A stretch of 63,090 bases of DNA, the filler included, from Hausera hauseri (Eukaryota): the NCBI GenBank assembly GCA_046269625.1. It is 11 parts of 11 records of this genome, joined end to end, with 100 filler letters (N's around TTAATTAATTAA, not from the genome) between each part and the next. Parts side by side here need not be neighbours in the genome. Positions count along the whole stretch, not along the records: positions 30,964 to 38,905 come from JBJURY010859855.1; positions 39,006 to 44,610 come from JBJURY010222521.1; positions 44,711 to 53,672 come from JBJURY010496574.1; 8 more parts are not named here. One strand, given 5' to 3'. The notes beneath the pieces were generated by a model. It ran no database searches. It saw only the letters and a program-made list of their open reading frames with translations, and was not told the origin of the DNA. Shown piece by piece: positions 37,310 through 50,225 of the stretch; within the stretch, counting starts at the first letter, position 1, and each line of letters starts with the position of its first letter. The translations under genes and the position numbers were made by a program.

Positions 37310-38233
37310 TCATAAAAATCGACGGCCTAAAACACATTTCCTTGCGTATCTGCGGAATTTACTGTGATAAAAACACGTCATTCTACCATCTCTAGACTTG
37401 GACCGAGAAGAGTGTCTGGAAAAATTGCGATTGCAAGAAATACGGTTTTCGCTTCTTTGAGGTACGGATAAGTCACTGAGTTGGGCTGTGATCGCAGAAA
37501 TTGCCTGTTGTAGTGTGTCGCATTGCTTCTGCATCATATGCAGTTGTTGTGCAAATAAAGTGTTGTCTGTGTGCGAAGGTGTATGAGCAGTTGCTGCAGT
37601 TACTGACTGTGAATTATTGGACTGTAAAATATCAAAGCTTTTGTCTGCCAATAGGGCGAGCTTTTCAAGGGCAGTAGAGTCATCTACTACAGTGAGCAGC
37701 GCCATGATGGAGGTAGGCAAAGATGAAAGAAAATACCGACGAAGGAGATCGGCATTGTTTATAGGAGTCACGTCTAAAGAACTCAATTGAGAGATTGCAG
37801 TTTTCAGGAAGTCCGATGGTTTTTGATTTCCTATGGCATGCTCATTGAAGTATTTTTGAATTATGCTGTCAATGGAAGGGTCGGTGATATGCAAAACTGA
37901 TTCGTAAAGCATGTCATATGGGCTTGAAGAAGAAAGTATGTCAGCAAGATTGTTGATTTGCTGCTTGATGTTAGCTGGAAGTAATAGCAGCAAACTGTTA
38001 GCCCGCAGAAAGGAATCTGTAATGCTATTGGCTTTGAGCCATTGCAAGTGAAACTGTAACCAAGTGCGGCTCGAGTTCGTTTCATCTAGGAAAAAATCTG
38101 TGCAGGGGAGATTCGGAAATGTAGATGGTGTGGGGTCGACAGGATGACGACCAGACCTGGTTTTGGTTAAAATTTCGGCAGAAGGGTCAAGATCTGATCC
38201 ACCACGGATACGAAAATAGACAGTGAGAGTCAT
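37310..38233 (-). CDS. gag: Gag with CxxH-type C-terminal knuckle and N-terminal ubiquitin-tail-like FRIRGG
   Basis: GNQKPSDFL, LEKLALLADK, CFYHSKFRRYARKC. Confidence 0.85.
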   Translation of the reverse strand: MTLTVYFRIRGGSDLDPSAEILTKTRSGRHPVDPTPSTFPNLPCTDFFLDETNSSRTWLQFHLQWLKANSITDSFLRANSLLLLLPANIKQQINNLADILSSSSPYDMLYESVLHITDPSIDSIIQKYFNEHAIGNQKPSDFLKTAISQLSSLDVTPINNADLLRRYFLSSLPTSIMALLTVVDDSTALEKLALLADKSFDILQSNNSQSVTAATAHTPSHTDNTLFAQQLHMMQKQCDTLQQAISAITAQLSDLSVPQRSENRISCNRNFSRHSSRSKSRDGRMTCFYHSKFRRYARKCVLGRRFL

Positions 38234-39753
38234 GGAATTTTTCCCGGATGTAAAAGATGACAGAGTCGTAAGGTAGCAAAGTTAGAGGAGCCGAAAAAAG
38301 AGGACAATTCAAAATAAAGAATATGTGCCGTTTGTTTGTGCGTAACCCTCAATGTGTGGACGTTTATTATTAAAAAAATAAGAAGGGAAAAAAGACGTGG
38401 CGCAGCGGGGCGTGCACGCTCAGCCCCCAACCAAATATTTATAAATGATGGAACACCGATATGAGTTACCTCTTAATGAGAGCCAACAATGCTGCGGACC
38501 ATCGAGATTTTCGTTCCTTGTAGAATCGGGAGGCACCTCGAGCATCTCCGGACTGACGATTTTAAATTTTGGATCAAGAGGCCAGTGATTTAGCCGATGT
38601 TTTATTTTTCTTAATTTTTTCTTGACTAAACTTAGAGCAATATAACGTGTGATACAACTCAAAATAATTTCTCCCACGAGATTTTTGGTTTTCAACGGAT
38701 GTGGTAATTGATTCGAAAATTGTCTTTGTGCAGTCCTTTACGGATATATGTCGACAGGAAAAACCACTGGAGAAATCGGTATTTTAAATGGAAGATTTAA
38801 CGCGGCATTTAAAATAGTATCTTCGGAGAAATATGTTGTTATAGGTATATTTTTAGATATTTTTGATCCATTTAATTTCAGCAAATATACTCGATGGTAC
38901 GTTAANNNNNNNNNNNNNNNNNNNNNNNNNNNNNNNNNNNNNNNNNNNNTTAATTAATTAANNNNNNNNNNNNNNNNNNNNNNNNNNNNNNNNNNNNNNN
39001 NNNNNAAAGATAAATTCTCCATTTTTCTCAAAGGAAATATAATGAAAATTGTTTTTTCAAGTGGAGAAAAAGCATTTTTACAGCCAGAGGGAGCAAAGGG
39101 CTACCTAACATTAAAGTAAAAGGATACAACGAACTGCAGTATGTTAAATCACCAATGTGGAAGCTGGGAAAGTTTACTCTGATTTAAATTTATTTGTGTT
39201 ATTTTGCTTAGGTTCTGATTAATAAATAATTAAGTTTGTGGTGCTAATTTTCATATTGTTTCTTATTATTTTAGTAAGTTTTTGAATATCGAGGAGAGAT
39301 GCAATAGTGTGACGTGTACACCAAGCAGTTTCGTTTATTGTAAGATCATAAAATATCGCATTTATCGAAACTCTTTAGTTTACATTACTCCTCAGGTAGT
39401 CTGAAAAGTCACCTTACTGTGTTATAAACATTTATTCTCTACAACACTACTAAAAATCAGATTGAACAGCAAACTAAAAGTGAGATTTAGAAATTTACCG
39501 ACTAGATAATGAGTGGACACGTGTTTGATGTTCACTATCTATGTGAACTGACAGAGACCGGGATAATGAGCAGGCGAGAATATATTGAATTAATAGTTAG
39601 ATCTCTCTTTATAAAACGTATTGAAGATGAATGGAAACGAAAACGGCAACGGACTAATTTCTTCATTGGACTTGCATGTTCTGTTTCACTTTGTATAATA
39701 ATGAAAAAGTTGATTGATCATATGTAATAATAAATCGATGTTTTATTAAATTC

Positions 39754-40190
39754 ATGTTAATATGTTTATTTTGTTTTTCATTTAGAAATGTACTCAATAC
39801 CACATGTATTGCGTCACAAGTAGACATGAGGGTGATGAATGTCACCAACAAATTACGAAATATTACAAAGGTGGCAAGGACACATTTGTGGCCGATGTGT
39901 AATATTTCAACCCACTGTCCGTACCCCGATTTTTACAAAATGCACAAACATCATCTTGGTCCGTTTACATGGTCTATGAAGATGATGAACGTGCATTACT
40001 CCTTGTACCCACGGTACTGTAATAATACAGTATATAACGGTGGCGAATGTCACATGAATATGAAGCAGTATTATGACACCATAATAGTGCAGGATAAACG
40101 GGCCTATGTTTGTCCCGATTGTTCGATAGTTGCGTAAATCAACTATGAACAATTTTATAAGGATCATAAGGACCATTTGAACCAGTTTTA
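39754..40190 (+). pseudogene. Tandem Cys/His module upstream of polB
   Basis: PMCNISTHCPYPDFYKMHKHHL and GECHMNMKQYY...YVCPDCSIVA*INYEQFYKDHKDHL. Confidence 0.6.
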
Positions 40191-40208
40191 GCGCTCCAAA
40201 GGCAATCA

Positions 40209-42427
40209 GTGATGGACGCAACAGAAATCAACTGCATTCCCTCAACAAGCAGGAAACGTCAAGCATCATCAAGTCTTGACAAATGCGTGCAAAGCAATAA
40301 TATGAAGCATCATCAGCAGCAGCATCAGCAGGAACATGAACCTTCTATTAAAGTCAGGTACGATCCAAACAGATCGTACGTGGACATAAAAGTGGACATG
40401 TCAGCGAGAGCAACAGTGCAATTAAAGCATATGCCGCCCATTGTGCACGACCGGTTGGAATCAGAAGTGAAGAAATTCCAATACCACTGCAAAGTCCAGT
40501 ATTATGTACTTGTAGAATTTGAAATTTTACAAGGTGACACGAAACAATGGTACCTATCACATCGAGCTGTACCGTATTCCGAAGATTTTGTTGTCGATCT
40601 AGGCGAAAGGCTGGATGGAAAAATCGCCAAGTACATCGAAAAGGATAGTGGCTGGCGAATTATAAAAATTGCTACTCTCTACTTTATTGTAACAAAGTCG
40701 AGTGACATAATATATTTGTCTGAGCGATCATTCATACCGACACCTGAAGCTCTACAGCAGTCTCGTACAATAGTGAATGTAAAAAATAATGACTACGAAT
40801 ACTGTTTTCTTTACAGTATTTTGGCTATATTGAAATACAACGAAGTGTCCAGAAATCGTAAAAATCATCCAAATCAGTATCGGCAGTATTTTTCCGAATT
40901 GCATTTCGATGAATGCTGGATGCCGATGAAACTGAAAGCCATTCCATCTTTCGAACGGAGTGATCCGACACTGTCAATAAACGTTTTCCTGTTTAATACA
41001 ATAATAAAAATACCGTACGATGAAGAGATTTACAAGAACACTCATGTGGACATAATTTATCGAAGTCAGAATCCGAATGGCCGCTCAATATATTTGTTGC
41101 TGCTAGAGCAGAAGGAAAATTTTCATTACGTGGTCGTGACAAATTTAGGTAGACTGTTGAACATAGAAAATGACCAGTTCATCCAAAAACAATTACGGTG
41201 TAAATGGTGTCCTGTATGTCTGCATGGTTTTATATCAGAAACAACATGGGAAAAACATGCGGCGCTATGCAAACAAAATTCCTCAGGAACAACAATGTGT
41301 GTAATGCGTGTCAATGAGGATCGCAAATTTTGTGACTGGTCTAAAACGTATATTCTTGCATATGTGATATATGCAGATATCGAAAATATTCTACCACGAC
41401 ACAACGTATATGACTAAAAGTATGATCCAGTCGCCGTCGGTATGTTGGTAGTCCTAGTATATGCCATTAGTCAACCGCAGTATTACGTTTATCATGGTTG
41501 GAACTGTATACGTAATTTCCTGCAACAGTCAAAAACAGTAGTAAAAACATAAATAGCAATGTGGTATAACAATAATTGCACTAAACCTTTGGTCTGGACA
41601 GACGAACATGAACCGTTGACTTTTCCTGACACCGATGAATGTTATATGTGACACAAAAGATTAGCGTTCGATGCACAGGAGCAGGTCTTACCGGATCGTG
41701 ATCATTTTACCGGTCGATACCTAAAAGCTGCATGTAATTCACAATTTTTGCGGCCATTCCTATAGGTGATCTTTCATAACTTCAGGGGTTATGATTGTCA
41801 CCGTATTTTAAAAAGGGTAATAAATGGATTTCCACACTGGGAACTATCTGTAATTACGACTACGATGGAGAAATACCTGTCCTTGTATGCTCGCATAAAC
41901 CGTTTTCAGGTACGCTTACTCGATTCATTGCAATTTCTGAATGAATCATTGGCAAAGCTAGTAAGTGCTTTGCCAGATATGCCGTTAACATCAACACAGT
42001 TCCCTATACACATTGAACGTAGCAAAGGTATACTTCCGCATGGCTTTGCGGAATAGTATGAGAAGAATTACTAAAATTACCATTGCGATGGTCTAGTGTC
42101 ACAGAAAATGAATATCAGAAAGCACAGGAATTTTGGACAGAGCTCGGCTGTAGAAACCTGTTGGAGTAAATGATTTGGTCTCTAAAGCTTGATGTGTACC
42201 TCTTAGCCGATGTGTTTGAAGCATTTCGGACTAAAGCGTTAGAGGAAGATAGGTTGGAGCCACCCAACTTTTATTCAATTGGGAACCAGCACTTATGATA
42301 CTGGATCGTGATATAGAGCTGTTGCAATATCCAGAAATGTACCGATTGTTTGGTATTAGTATTCGTGGCGGCATGATGTTTGTCAACAAGTATCAGGTTA
42401 GTGCTGCTATCAGTGATGATACCATAT
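40209..42427 (+). pseudogene. polB: Protein-primed polB (N-terminal and exonuclease part), interrupted by a DNA transposon
   Basis: DSGWRI, VNVKN...CFLYSILA, HYVVVTNLGRL, CPVCLHGF, VIYADIE, IFHNFRGYD, LLDSLQFL, DVYLLADVFE, IRGG. Confidence 0.88.
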
Positions 42428-44610
42428 TAAGGTGCAATGAATTGTGACATTTTTGGAATATCGTTTTTTACTTTTGAGGCTTTATTTATTCATGTATAAG
42501 AAGTAACTGTATAAAATTTGAGGTCATTTAGTTAAAGTCTTCCCTACCGATTACATCACGCTTTTTTCATACTATGCAAACAGTAAAAATATTCATACTA
42601 TACAACGGAATGCATTGAATACATAACAATAACTACAATGAATAGTTGAAATTGAAATGTCTTTTGGTTTTGAAAGTCGGCATCAGTAGTCGAGAAAACA
42701 ACTGCTGCCTAATGTATCCATCCTTCACCATTTATCCGGTAACTTCAGTGCAAGCTTCAGTCAAAAGGATTATTCCGCGTTCTACAGCTTGTGTGTGATT
42801 AGGCCACTTTTGGATATCAAGAGGATTATGAATTTTGTCCACAAGCCTATTGTCTGTTAATGTTGCAATGTAGGTTGGCCACGAGTTCAGTTCCCTTTTC
42901 CAGTGAATCATTTCATGATAATTTGGGGCTTGAAAATTTAACTTGGGAAAAACAACTCTCTTAATGCCACTACTAGTAGGATTGGGAAGAGAATTTGAAT
43001 TTTCGTCAAGGGTTTCATCGTCTTGTTTACCATCAGTTTGGAAGAACAACTCTTCGTCTACTGCTGCACAAGATTCTGTTTCACTGTCTTCCAAATCTTC
43101 ATCAGAATCTTCTATACTATCCTCAGAAACCTTTGTGTGCTTCCTGATATTGCTAATCATACCAACAGCTTTGCGCCGTACTTTTTCATCTTTGTCACAA
43201 CGCATCGCCAGTAGAAGTTGGTCAGAGTGAGCAAAATATGCATTCCTTCCAACAACCTATTTTACTATCTTTCTCTCTTGACTGTTGAAAATTTTCATAA
43301 CCTATAGAGACCTAAAAGTGTTGTGAAGACCATCAGAAACGTGTTGATATCTGTTTATTTGAAACCACATAGGAACAGAAAATGTACAATCACGTTGATA
43401 ATCTTCTTCATTTCCGGGCTTGGTGTACTGGTTGCAAGATAAACATGTAGTATTCTACCCCACAGTGTCAACCATCTTGAAACACACGGAGGCCCAGGTT
43501 TAGTAGCTGCAAGGTAATCATCAACTTCGCCTTTTATCACAAGCAACCATATATTTCTTGTTGCCATATATTTCTGGTCCCAAGAAAACTCATCTACTTC
43601 TTCTTCGGTTAATACGAGGTGGACGGTGTACGTAATACGTTGAAAGAGAACAACTGGCAAATCTGATACTGGCTCTTTGACCTGCTTACATATTGCTCCT
43701 ATCCAGTGCTCTGGTCCACGTGGTTTTTCATCATAGTGGTAAAAGATGGCTCTGAATGGAAATTATTTACCATAAAGTTGACATATGCAGTAGTGCAGTG
43801 GTCTATTCAGCAATAGTTTCAAATGCCGGATTGCTCCACTGTCAGACCCAGTATTAACTCTGCATCCATCATAGCCAACCATCATGATAGGCTGATCAGT
43901 TAGCTTTTGTTGATGCAAGAAATCATAAATAGTTTTTGCAATAACCTTTCCATGACCAGACAGAAGAGTAACATGGGTAAAGTACTGGCTTTTCGGCTCC
44001 ACCAGTACGATATAATGATCCTCAACCTCTAATTATGAACTCCATTTCCCAGTTTTGTCATTCCTGATCAACAAATGCATGGTAGTTTTCTTTTTTTTCT
44101 TACCATCAAAATACAGGAATAAAATATTATTAACACTGGTAAGCTCGTACTCTAGTTTTGCATTTCTAAATTTCTGGCGTTTGTCTGTCAATTTCTGAGG
44201 ATCAATAACTTCTGACTTGTCATTCTCCATAAAGATTCTGTAATTTTTCAGTACTGCACTTGCAACAGCAACTCCAGCATAATTACTGACACAATAACGG
44301 TCGCAGACGGCAGCCAAAGTGAGAAGTCTCGTCATATTGTTTTTATTCTTGTCGATCAAATTGTCAGGTACATAATCCGTGTTTGTATCAGCTGGAGCAG
44401 AATCAGTTTCTTCAAAATCACTTGTATTCTCCTCTATCATTTCAGTATTTTCCTGCTGCTTAAGCTCACGCCTTTCAATTTCCTTCCTTGCCTTCTTTGC
44501 CGCAACGTCGTCCCTGGCAGCAGCTCTATTCCACATTCTTGTTACATTAATGTCCACACCCGCAATGACCACCCGCCTGGCTTGCCTTTGATCCAAAACC
44601 AAGTTTACCT
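42428..44610 (-). mobile_element. hATm-like DNA transposon with degraded transposase; end begins TAAGGTG
   Basis: YFDGKK, GYDGCRVNTG, CICQLY (CxLH equivalent), PGPPCVSRWLT, PKLNFQA, HTQAVERG. Confidence 0.75.
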
Positions 44611-44710
44611 NNNNNNNNNNNNNNNNNNNNNNNNNNNNNNNNNNNNNNNNNNNNTTAATTAATTAANNNNNNNNNNNNNNNNNNNNNNNNNNNNNNNNNN
44701 NNNNNNNNNN

Positions 44711-47700
44711 TACGTTATCATTCCTAAGTCTGTGGGTAGTACAGCGTTTCTACCATACATCATAATAATGGAGTAAATCCTGTTGCAGGATGTGGTGTTG
44801 TGTTTATGGCAAACTGCGTACCCTCTAAGAATTCATCCCAATCCTTCTGATCCTTCGCAACTACTGTCGATAAGATTTGTATATCTGTCGCGTTCATTCG
44901 TTCGACCATCCCGTTACATTATGGATGGTAAGCCGTTGTGGTTAACCGTTCAATTTCAAATACATTGGTAATGTCAAATAGTTCACTCGTAAAGTTCCTT
45001 CCTCGGTCTGTCAGAATTTGTTCGGGAGGTCCGTATCTGCAGATGATTTTCCTTACTACAGTTTCTGCCAGAGTCTCAGCTTTTTGGTCTACTAATGCTA
45101 TTAGTTCGACAAAATGAGTTAATCTATTTATACATGTCAGAATGTACTTATTATTCTTATGAGTTGTAGATAACGATCCTACAATATCCATGGACATCGC
45201 TTGCATTGATCTGTCCGACACATTTATTGGTTTAAGTTCGGAAATGTAGTTTTTCATTTTTTTCTGTTTGGTTGCGCATACTTCGCAAGCGCTTACCCAA
45301 TTCTTTACATCGGCCATTAGTATTCCCGTGCGTAATCTTTTCGGTATGACTACCAACTTCCGTCCTCTTCGCTCATAATATAGTACATTTTCACGGCTCG
45401 CGTCTCCTGTTATAGAGTATTCGTGACCATATTTTTGCAAATGTTTCCGTAATTGGTGTCCTTTTGGTGTTATATCTTGTTCGACGGACTCAATGATTTG
45501 TTGTATAACCTTGTCCTTCCTTTACTCAACAGAGATTTCAATCGCTTTATCCATTGCTAGAGCTCGTTGTCTGTCCACCAGTTCTTCAAGCTGGGCTTTT
45601 CTCATTACAGTAATTGCGCTTGTTTTAGTCTTAAGCCTTGATAGTGCATCTGCATCGACATGTTTGCTTCAGGGTTTGTATTGAAATTCGATGTTATACC
45701 GTGAGATCTCTTCGATCCACCGATTGAGTCTACATGTTGGGTTATTCGCTCTACCTTTCAAAGTGGTAATCACTTTGTTATCCGTAACAATTATAATTTT
45801 CTGTCCGTAGACGTTTACGTTAAAGTGTCGTAGAGCGTCTTTTACAACTAACGTTTCTAGTTCCGTGACCGAGTAATTCTTTTCGGCCTTCTTTAATGAC
45901 CTTAATGTGATTGGATGTTCTAGTTCTTCATCGTCTCGTTTCTGAGCTAACTCATACCCAATGCCTTCTTTGCTGGCATCTGTTTTAATTATAAACGGTA
46001 GGTTAAAATCTGGATATCTTAAAACAGGTTCGCTAGTTATGATTTTCTTCATTTCGTCGAAAGCTCTTTGTTCGACGTCCGCCCATTTCCATTTGATTCC
46101 CTTTTTAAGTAATCCATAAAGGTGCATTTATTTTTGAATTACCTGGTACATAAGTGGCGCAGTACCCACATAAACCTAACCAATACCTCAGCTCTTTTTG
46201 GTTCTGGGGTTCCATACAATCTGATATCTTAGCAATGATTTATCTGGTTTCAATCCCCTTTCTCCAACTATATGTCCGAGATAAGATACAGCGTTTTCAG
46301 CCCATTTACATTTCTTCGGATTCAATTCCAGTCCTGTTTGCTCCACCCTCATGAGCGTACCCTCAATATCCTTTATATGTCCTTCTGTTTTCGATGCAAC
46401 CAATACGTCATCCAGGTAGGCAAACGGGTGTTCCAGTCCCATTAGCATCTTGTTCATCATTCGCGTAAAGATGGCTGGTCCGCTAGTTTTCCCGAATGGC
46501 ATGACATTGAATTTGTATAGTCCATCATGTGTTTTTAACGCAGTTTTGTAACGATCTTCCTCTTATATTACTACCTACCAATATCTGGATTGTAAATCGA
46601 GCGTGGTAAACCTTTCGGCTCCGAAAAGTCTATCTAGGGCTTCTTTTACCGATGGCAGTGGGAAAGAATCCTTCATCATAAGTGTATTTAATGCTCGATA
46701 GTTAATACAAAATCGATGTTTGGTAGTACCTTTCTTCTTACCCGTGAGTATATGTAAGTACCAAGATCTATAACTTGGTTTAATTATATCGGCCTTTAAC
46801 ATTCATTCAACTTCCTTTGTTATCTCAGGCCTTAATGAGTGCGGGGGAGGATACCATTTTGGCATCTTCTGATCTTCTAAGTCTATTTCGTCATTGGAGC
46901 CTAGCTTTTTCTTAAGTGGAGATGTTAGTCTCAAAGTTTTTGCTCTGCCTATGTCTTCTTCGTCTTTCGCAATGACCGAGCTATAATGACAAAGTAACTC
47001 GTAAAATGGACAGTATTCTTCTGGTGAAAATTTAGTTTCTACGTGCGGTGGAAATTTGGCACACTTGTACGGTTTTTCTTCAACGGTTATTGACGATACT
47101 CTATATATGTGACACAGGGTGGTATTCTCATACAATTTGATCGGTATTGGTGCATTATTGGCTATTCTAATGGATATACGGCCCGTGGATACCCTTGTTA
47201 ATACGTTACTGTGCACGATGTTTGGGTCTAATGATTCATTTGGTTCAGAATACATTGGCTGATCGTCGTCTTGACGAATCTTGGCATATATTATTACCTC
47301 GGTCCTTGGTGGAATGTTCTCGTCTACTGGGATCCATACTTCCCCTAATTGCCTATCTTTGGTGGTTTTGACTCCTTTTATCGGGCCGAGCACTATTAAT
47401 CTCCCGGCATAGAAGTATATCGCCATATTGGTTAATTGTCTCAACAGATCACATCCTAAGACTATATCATCTGTTAACTGCTCCACTACTGAAAATTTGT
47501 GATAAAATGATTGTCCCATTATGTGGATTTCTGGATTCCATCGGAATTTGCTTTTCGATGACTGTCCGAAAGCTCCAATACTCCCTGGATCTGTTGTCGG
47601 AGGTGGGTATAGTTGTTTCCTTAGAAATTGCAGTATCCAATCATGCTTAATCGGTAATATCTCGGATCCCGTGTCTATTAGTGCATAGAATTCTCAATCT

Positions 47701-47720
47701 TCCAACTGAATTTTTGTGAA
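44711..47720 (-). pseudogene. pol: pol: protease, RT, RNase H, integrase (frameshifted)
   Basis: FYALIDTGSE (~47661-47690), IVLGCDLL, RFCINYRALN, AYLDD, IIKTDAS, MSMDIVG, ILTDRG. Confidence 0.93.
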
Positions 47721-48419
47721 GGGTCTACCTTCGATTACCTTACCATAGTGATTTGGTGCTATTTTTGGACGCTGAATCTCTGAAACCTTATAACCATTAA
47801 TTCTAACTTCAGTAGTTGTGTCTGGCTGGTCGATCATCTGTCTTAGCTCTGCGTTCGGGTACAGTTCATTGTTCGTGCGATTAACGTCTCCTGTTTCCTG
47901 ACATCCAATTGGCGGCTGTATTTCCCGGTTTCCTAAATTCCACACCTCGTGGTCTCCAAAATGTTGATCGGAATTCATTGAGCCTGGGTATTCTAGGTGA
48001 ATAAATTATTCCCTGGTCGTCGACCGCTGAACGATGGTATGGAACAGATATTCTCTTTGTTTCGCGCACTTTACACAATATACCGTAGTGTTTCGTTCCC
48101 TCATTTGGATCTTCCAGACTGAGCGGCTTCCTATAGATATCCGTTTGATATGAGCTCATAGACTGTTTCGCACAGTCTTCATATGTAGGTGCATTTGGGG
48201 GTAATATCGGCAAGGGTGATTTTATAACGGAATAGTTTTTGTTTCTATTTGTTCTCGTAACGGCGTTTCATCCTTTAGGCTCGTCATCGTCAGAATTATC
48301 TCTTTGTGCCTTGGCATTTAAGAATTTACGTCTTTAACTAAATATGTGTCTCCTTTTACGTTTTCGATTATGATAGCCGACATGTCGCTCCACATCTGCT
48401 TTCCACCTACTTTCTTCGT

Positions 48420-50225
48420 AAGCATTTAAAAATTTGCCGAAGGGTGGGATAATAGCCGTTAAAATTTTGCATGAGAACCATGTCAAGGTGAATATCTCAT
48501 ATCCATTTATAATTTTTTGAATTATCGCTTTAACCAGTTGAATTAAGAAATAGATTGCTAAGAATCCGGATGCCGCTTGTCCGAATATCAGAAATCTTCC
48601 TCAAATTTTATACAATATTTCCGTAGTTACTTTTTCATAGTAGTTAATACCAAACAATGATTCCCATTTTTCTTGATAACGTGAATCCTCTAGTATCGTG
48701 TGCATCGCTCTGTTTAATTCATACGTACGTTGGCGTGGGAAAGCAAGAAATTGTCTAAATGCCTCTACTTCCTTTGGCCGATAAATACATTTTGCTGCAG
48801 TGTCTTGAAACTTATCATCGGTTATCCCTTTTATTAGATTTGTTCCTGTTAACTTGGTGGGCGGCGTAATTATTCCACCATTCGGTAAACTTACCCAATC
48901 GAATACGCTGCGTTTAAACATTGGTTCTCCCAAACTGGTCTTACAATCTTTCAGAATTGTTGGTTGGGTAGAATTCGCCAGCAATACTCTCGTAATGGGC
49001 GTCACTAATCTTGGCATATCCCGATATATTACTGGAAGTTCTTGAATGTGCCTTTTTTCTTCCACATTAATAGGTACATCCTTCTTTTCGCACTCGTAGA
49101 TCAGCAGAACTTCTCCGGTCACTCGTCCAAAAACACTTTCTTTCATCGGAATTATTGGTAACTCTAACTCGGGGTTGGCATTTAATAAGACTAGTTTGGT
49201 TCTCATTATTTTTAAGTCTCGTTTGCAGTCGTTTGTTATCATCTTGTGGTATAACTCAGTTTTTCCGGCCTGTCCCTTGTAGTAGAAATAGTCATCTCTA
49301 TTTTTCAAATAATCTTCAATTCGAATATCTTGAGTCTCAAGTTTGAACGTCTTGGTATTTATCTCGGTCTCAGCTATAAAGAACGCTTCATAATTAGTGG
49401 CATACATTACTACATCACATCTGGTGAGGACATCTTTCTTCACAAACTTTAACCCATGAGGATCGGAAATTAGTATGGTAGGTGTAGGCTGTTCCGCTAC
49501 ATTTTCTCCTGTTTTCGAGTTAGTATCTATGCTACTTATATAACGTCTCCCTGTCGTTTCATTGAACTTAAGTTCCTTAATACTAATAAAGTTGCAGTTA
49601 CATTTGGCTCGGAGTTCCCAGATTACTACCGAACTTCTAAAAACACAGGTGCCGTCTTGGATGTGGCACTTTTGGTTTTCCGTATAGAGCTTGGTGACAC
49701 TATGAAACATTACCTTTTGTATGCGCATCTCGGTTTCGTAGAAATCCATAACCACTATGTTTGATTCCAATCCTTTTCCAGTATCATATTCTGCACCGTT
49801 GCAGTGACCTGTATGCATATCTAATCTTCATGCTGCTTCTTTGTACTCTCTGATTACCTTCCTTTGCTGCATTTCTAATTCCATGCCGTCCCATTTCAGC
49901 CTGCCTGTTTCTCTAGCCTGCTTACAATGTTGGCGTTCCAAGCTCATTGGAATTAGTGCTGTCGTCGGTTTGATTATTGATGAATGTCCGTGTATTAATC
50001 CACAATGGAAAATACTGCGAGATCGTCACAACATGCATTCTAGTTGCTGATACAGTACATATTTTTTTCTTTTCTTTCTAATTTATGTGGTCTCGCATCT
50101 TCGTACATTTCCAAATCCATCAATGAATATTTCTGGCCAAGTCTGAATTTTTCGCAGTCATATATGATAACTGCTCCCATTTGCCTTATTAACATCATCA
50201 CAGTCAGGAAATTAATTAGCCAGTT
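48420..50225 (-). pseudogene. env: Chuvirus-type (class III-like) glycoprotein with signal peptide and C-terminal TM
   Basis: IIYDCE..YSLMDLE, IFHCG, GEVLLIYEC, ELPV, PITRVL; after a TGA (probably from TGG) FGQAASGFLAIYFLIQLVKAIIQKIINGY TM region. Confidence 0.82.

Larger units (their letters stand above)
33620..38430 (-). mobile_element. Ty3/Gypsy element (gag-PR-RT-RH-IN), degraded; PPT and start of 3' LTR at ~33620
   Basis: PR FLIDLGSAFS, RT RPCGDYRQLN / MPFGL / YIDD, IN VHLDLVG, GPY; minus-strand GGGGGGGTGA|TGTGG. Confidence 0.9.

Noticed and set aside
38422-38429. tRNA-Pro-like PBS (TGGGGGCT) for the contig-7 Gypsy
   Set aside because: Only 8 nt match, and no 5' LTR matching the 3' LTR start is visible.
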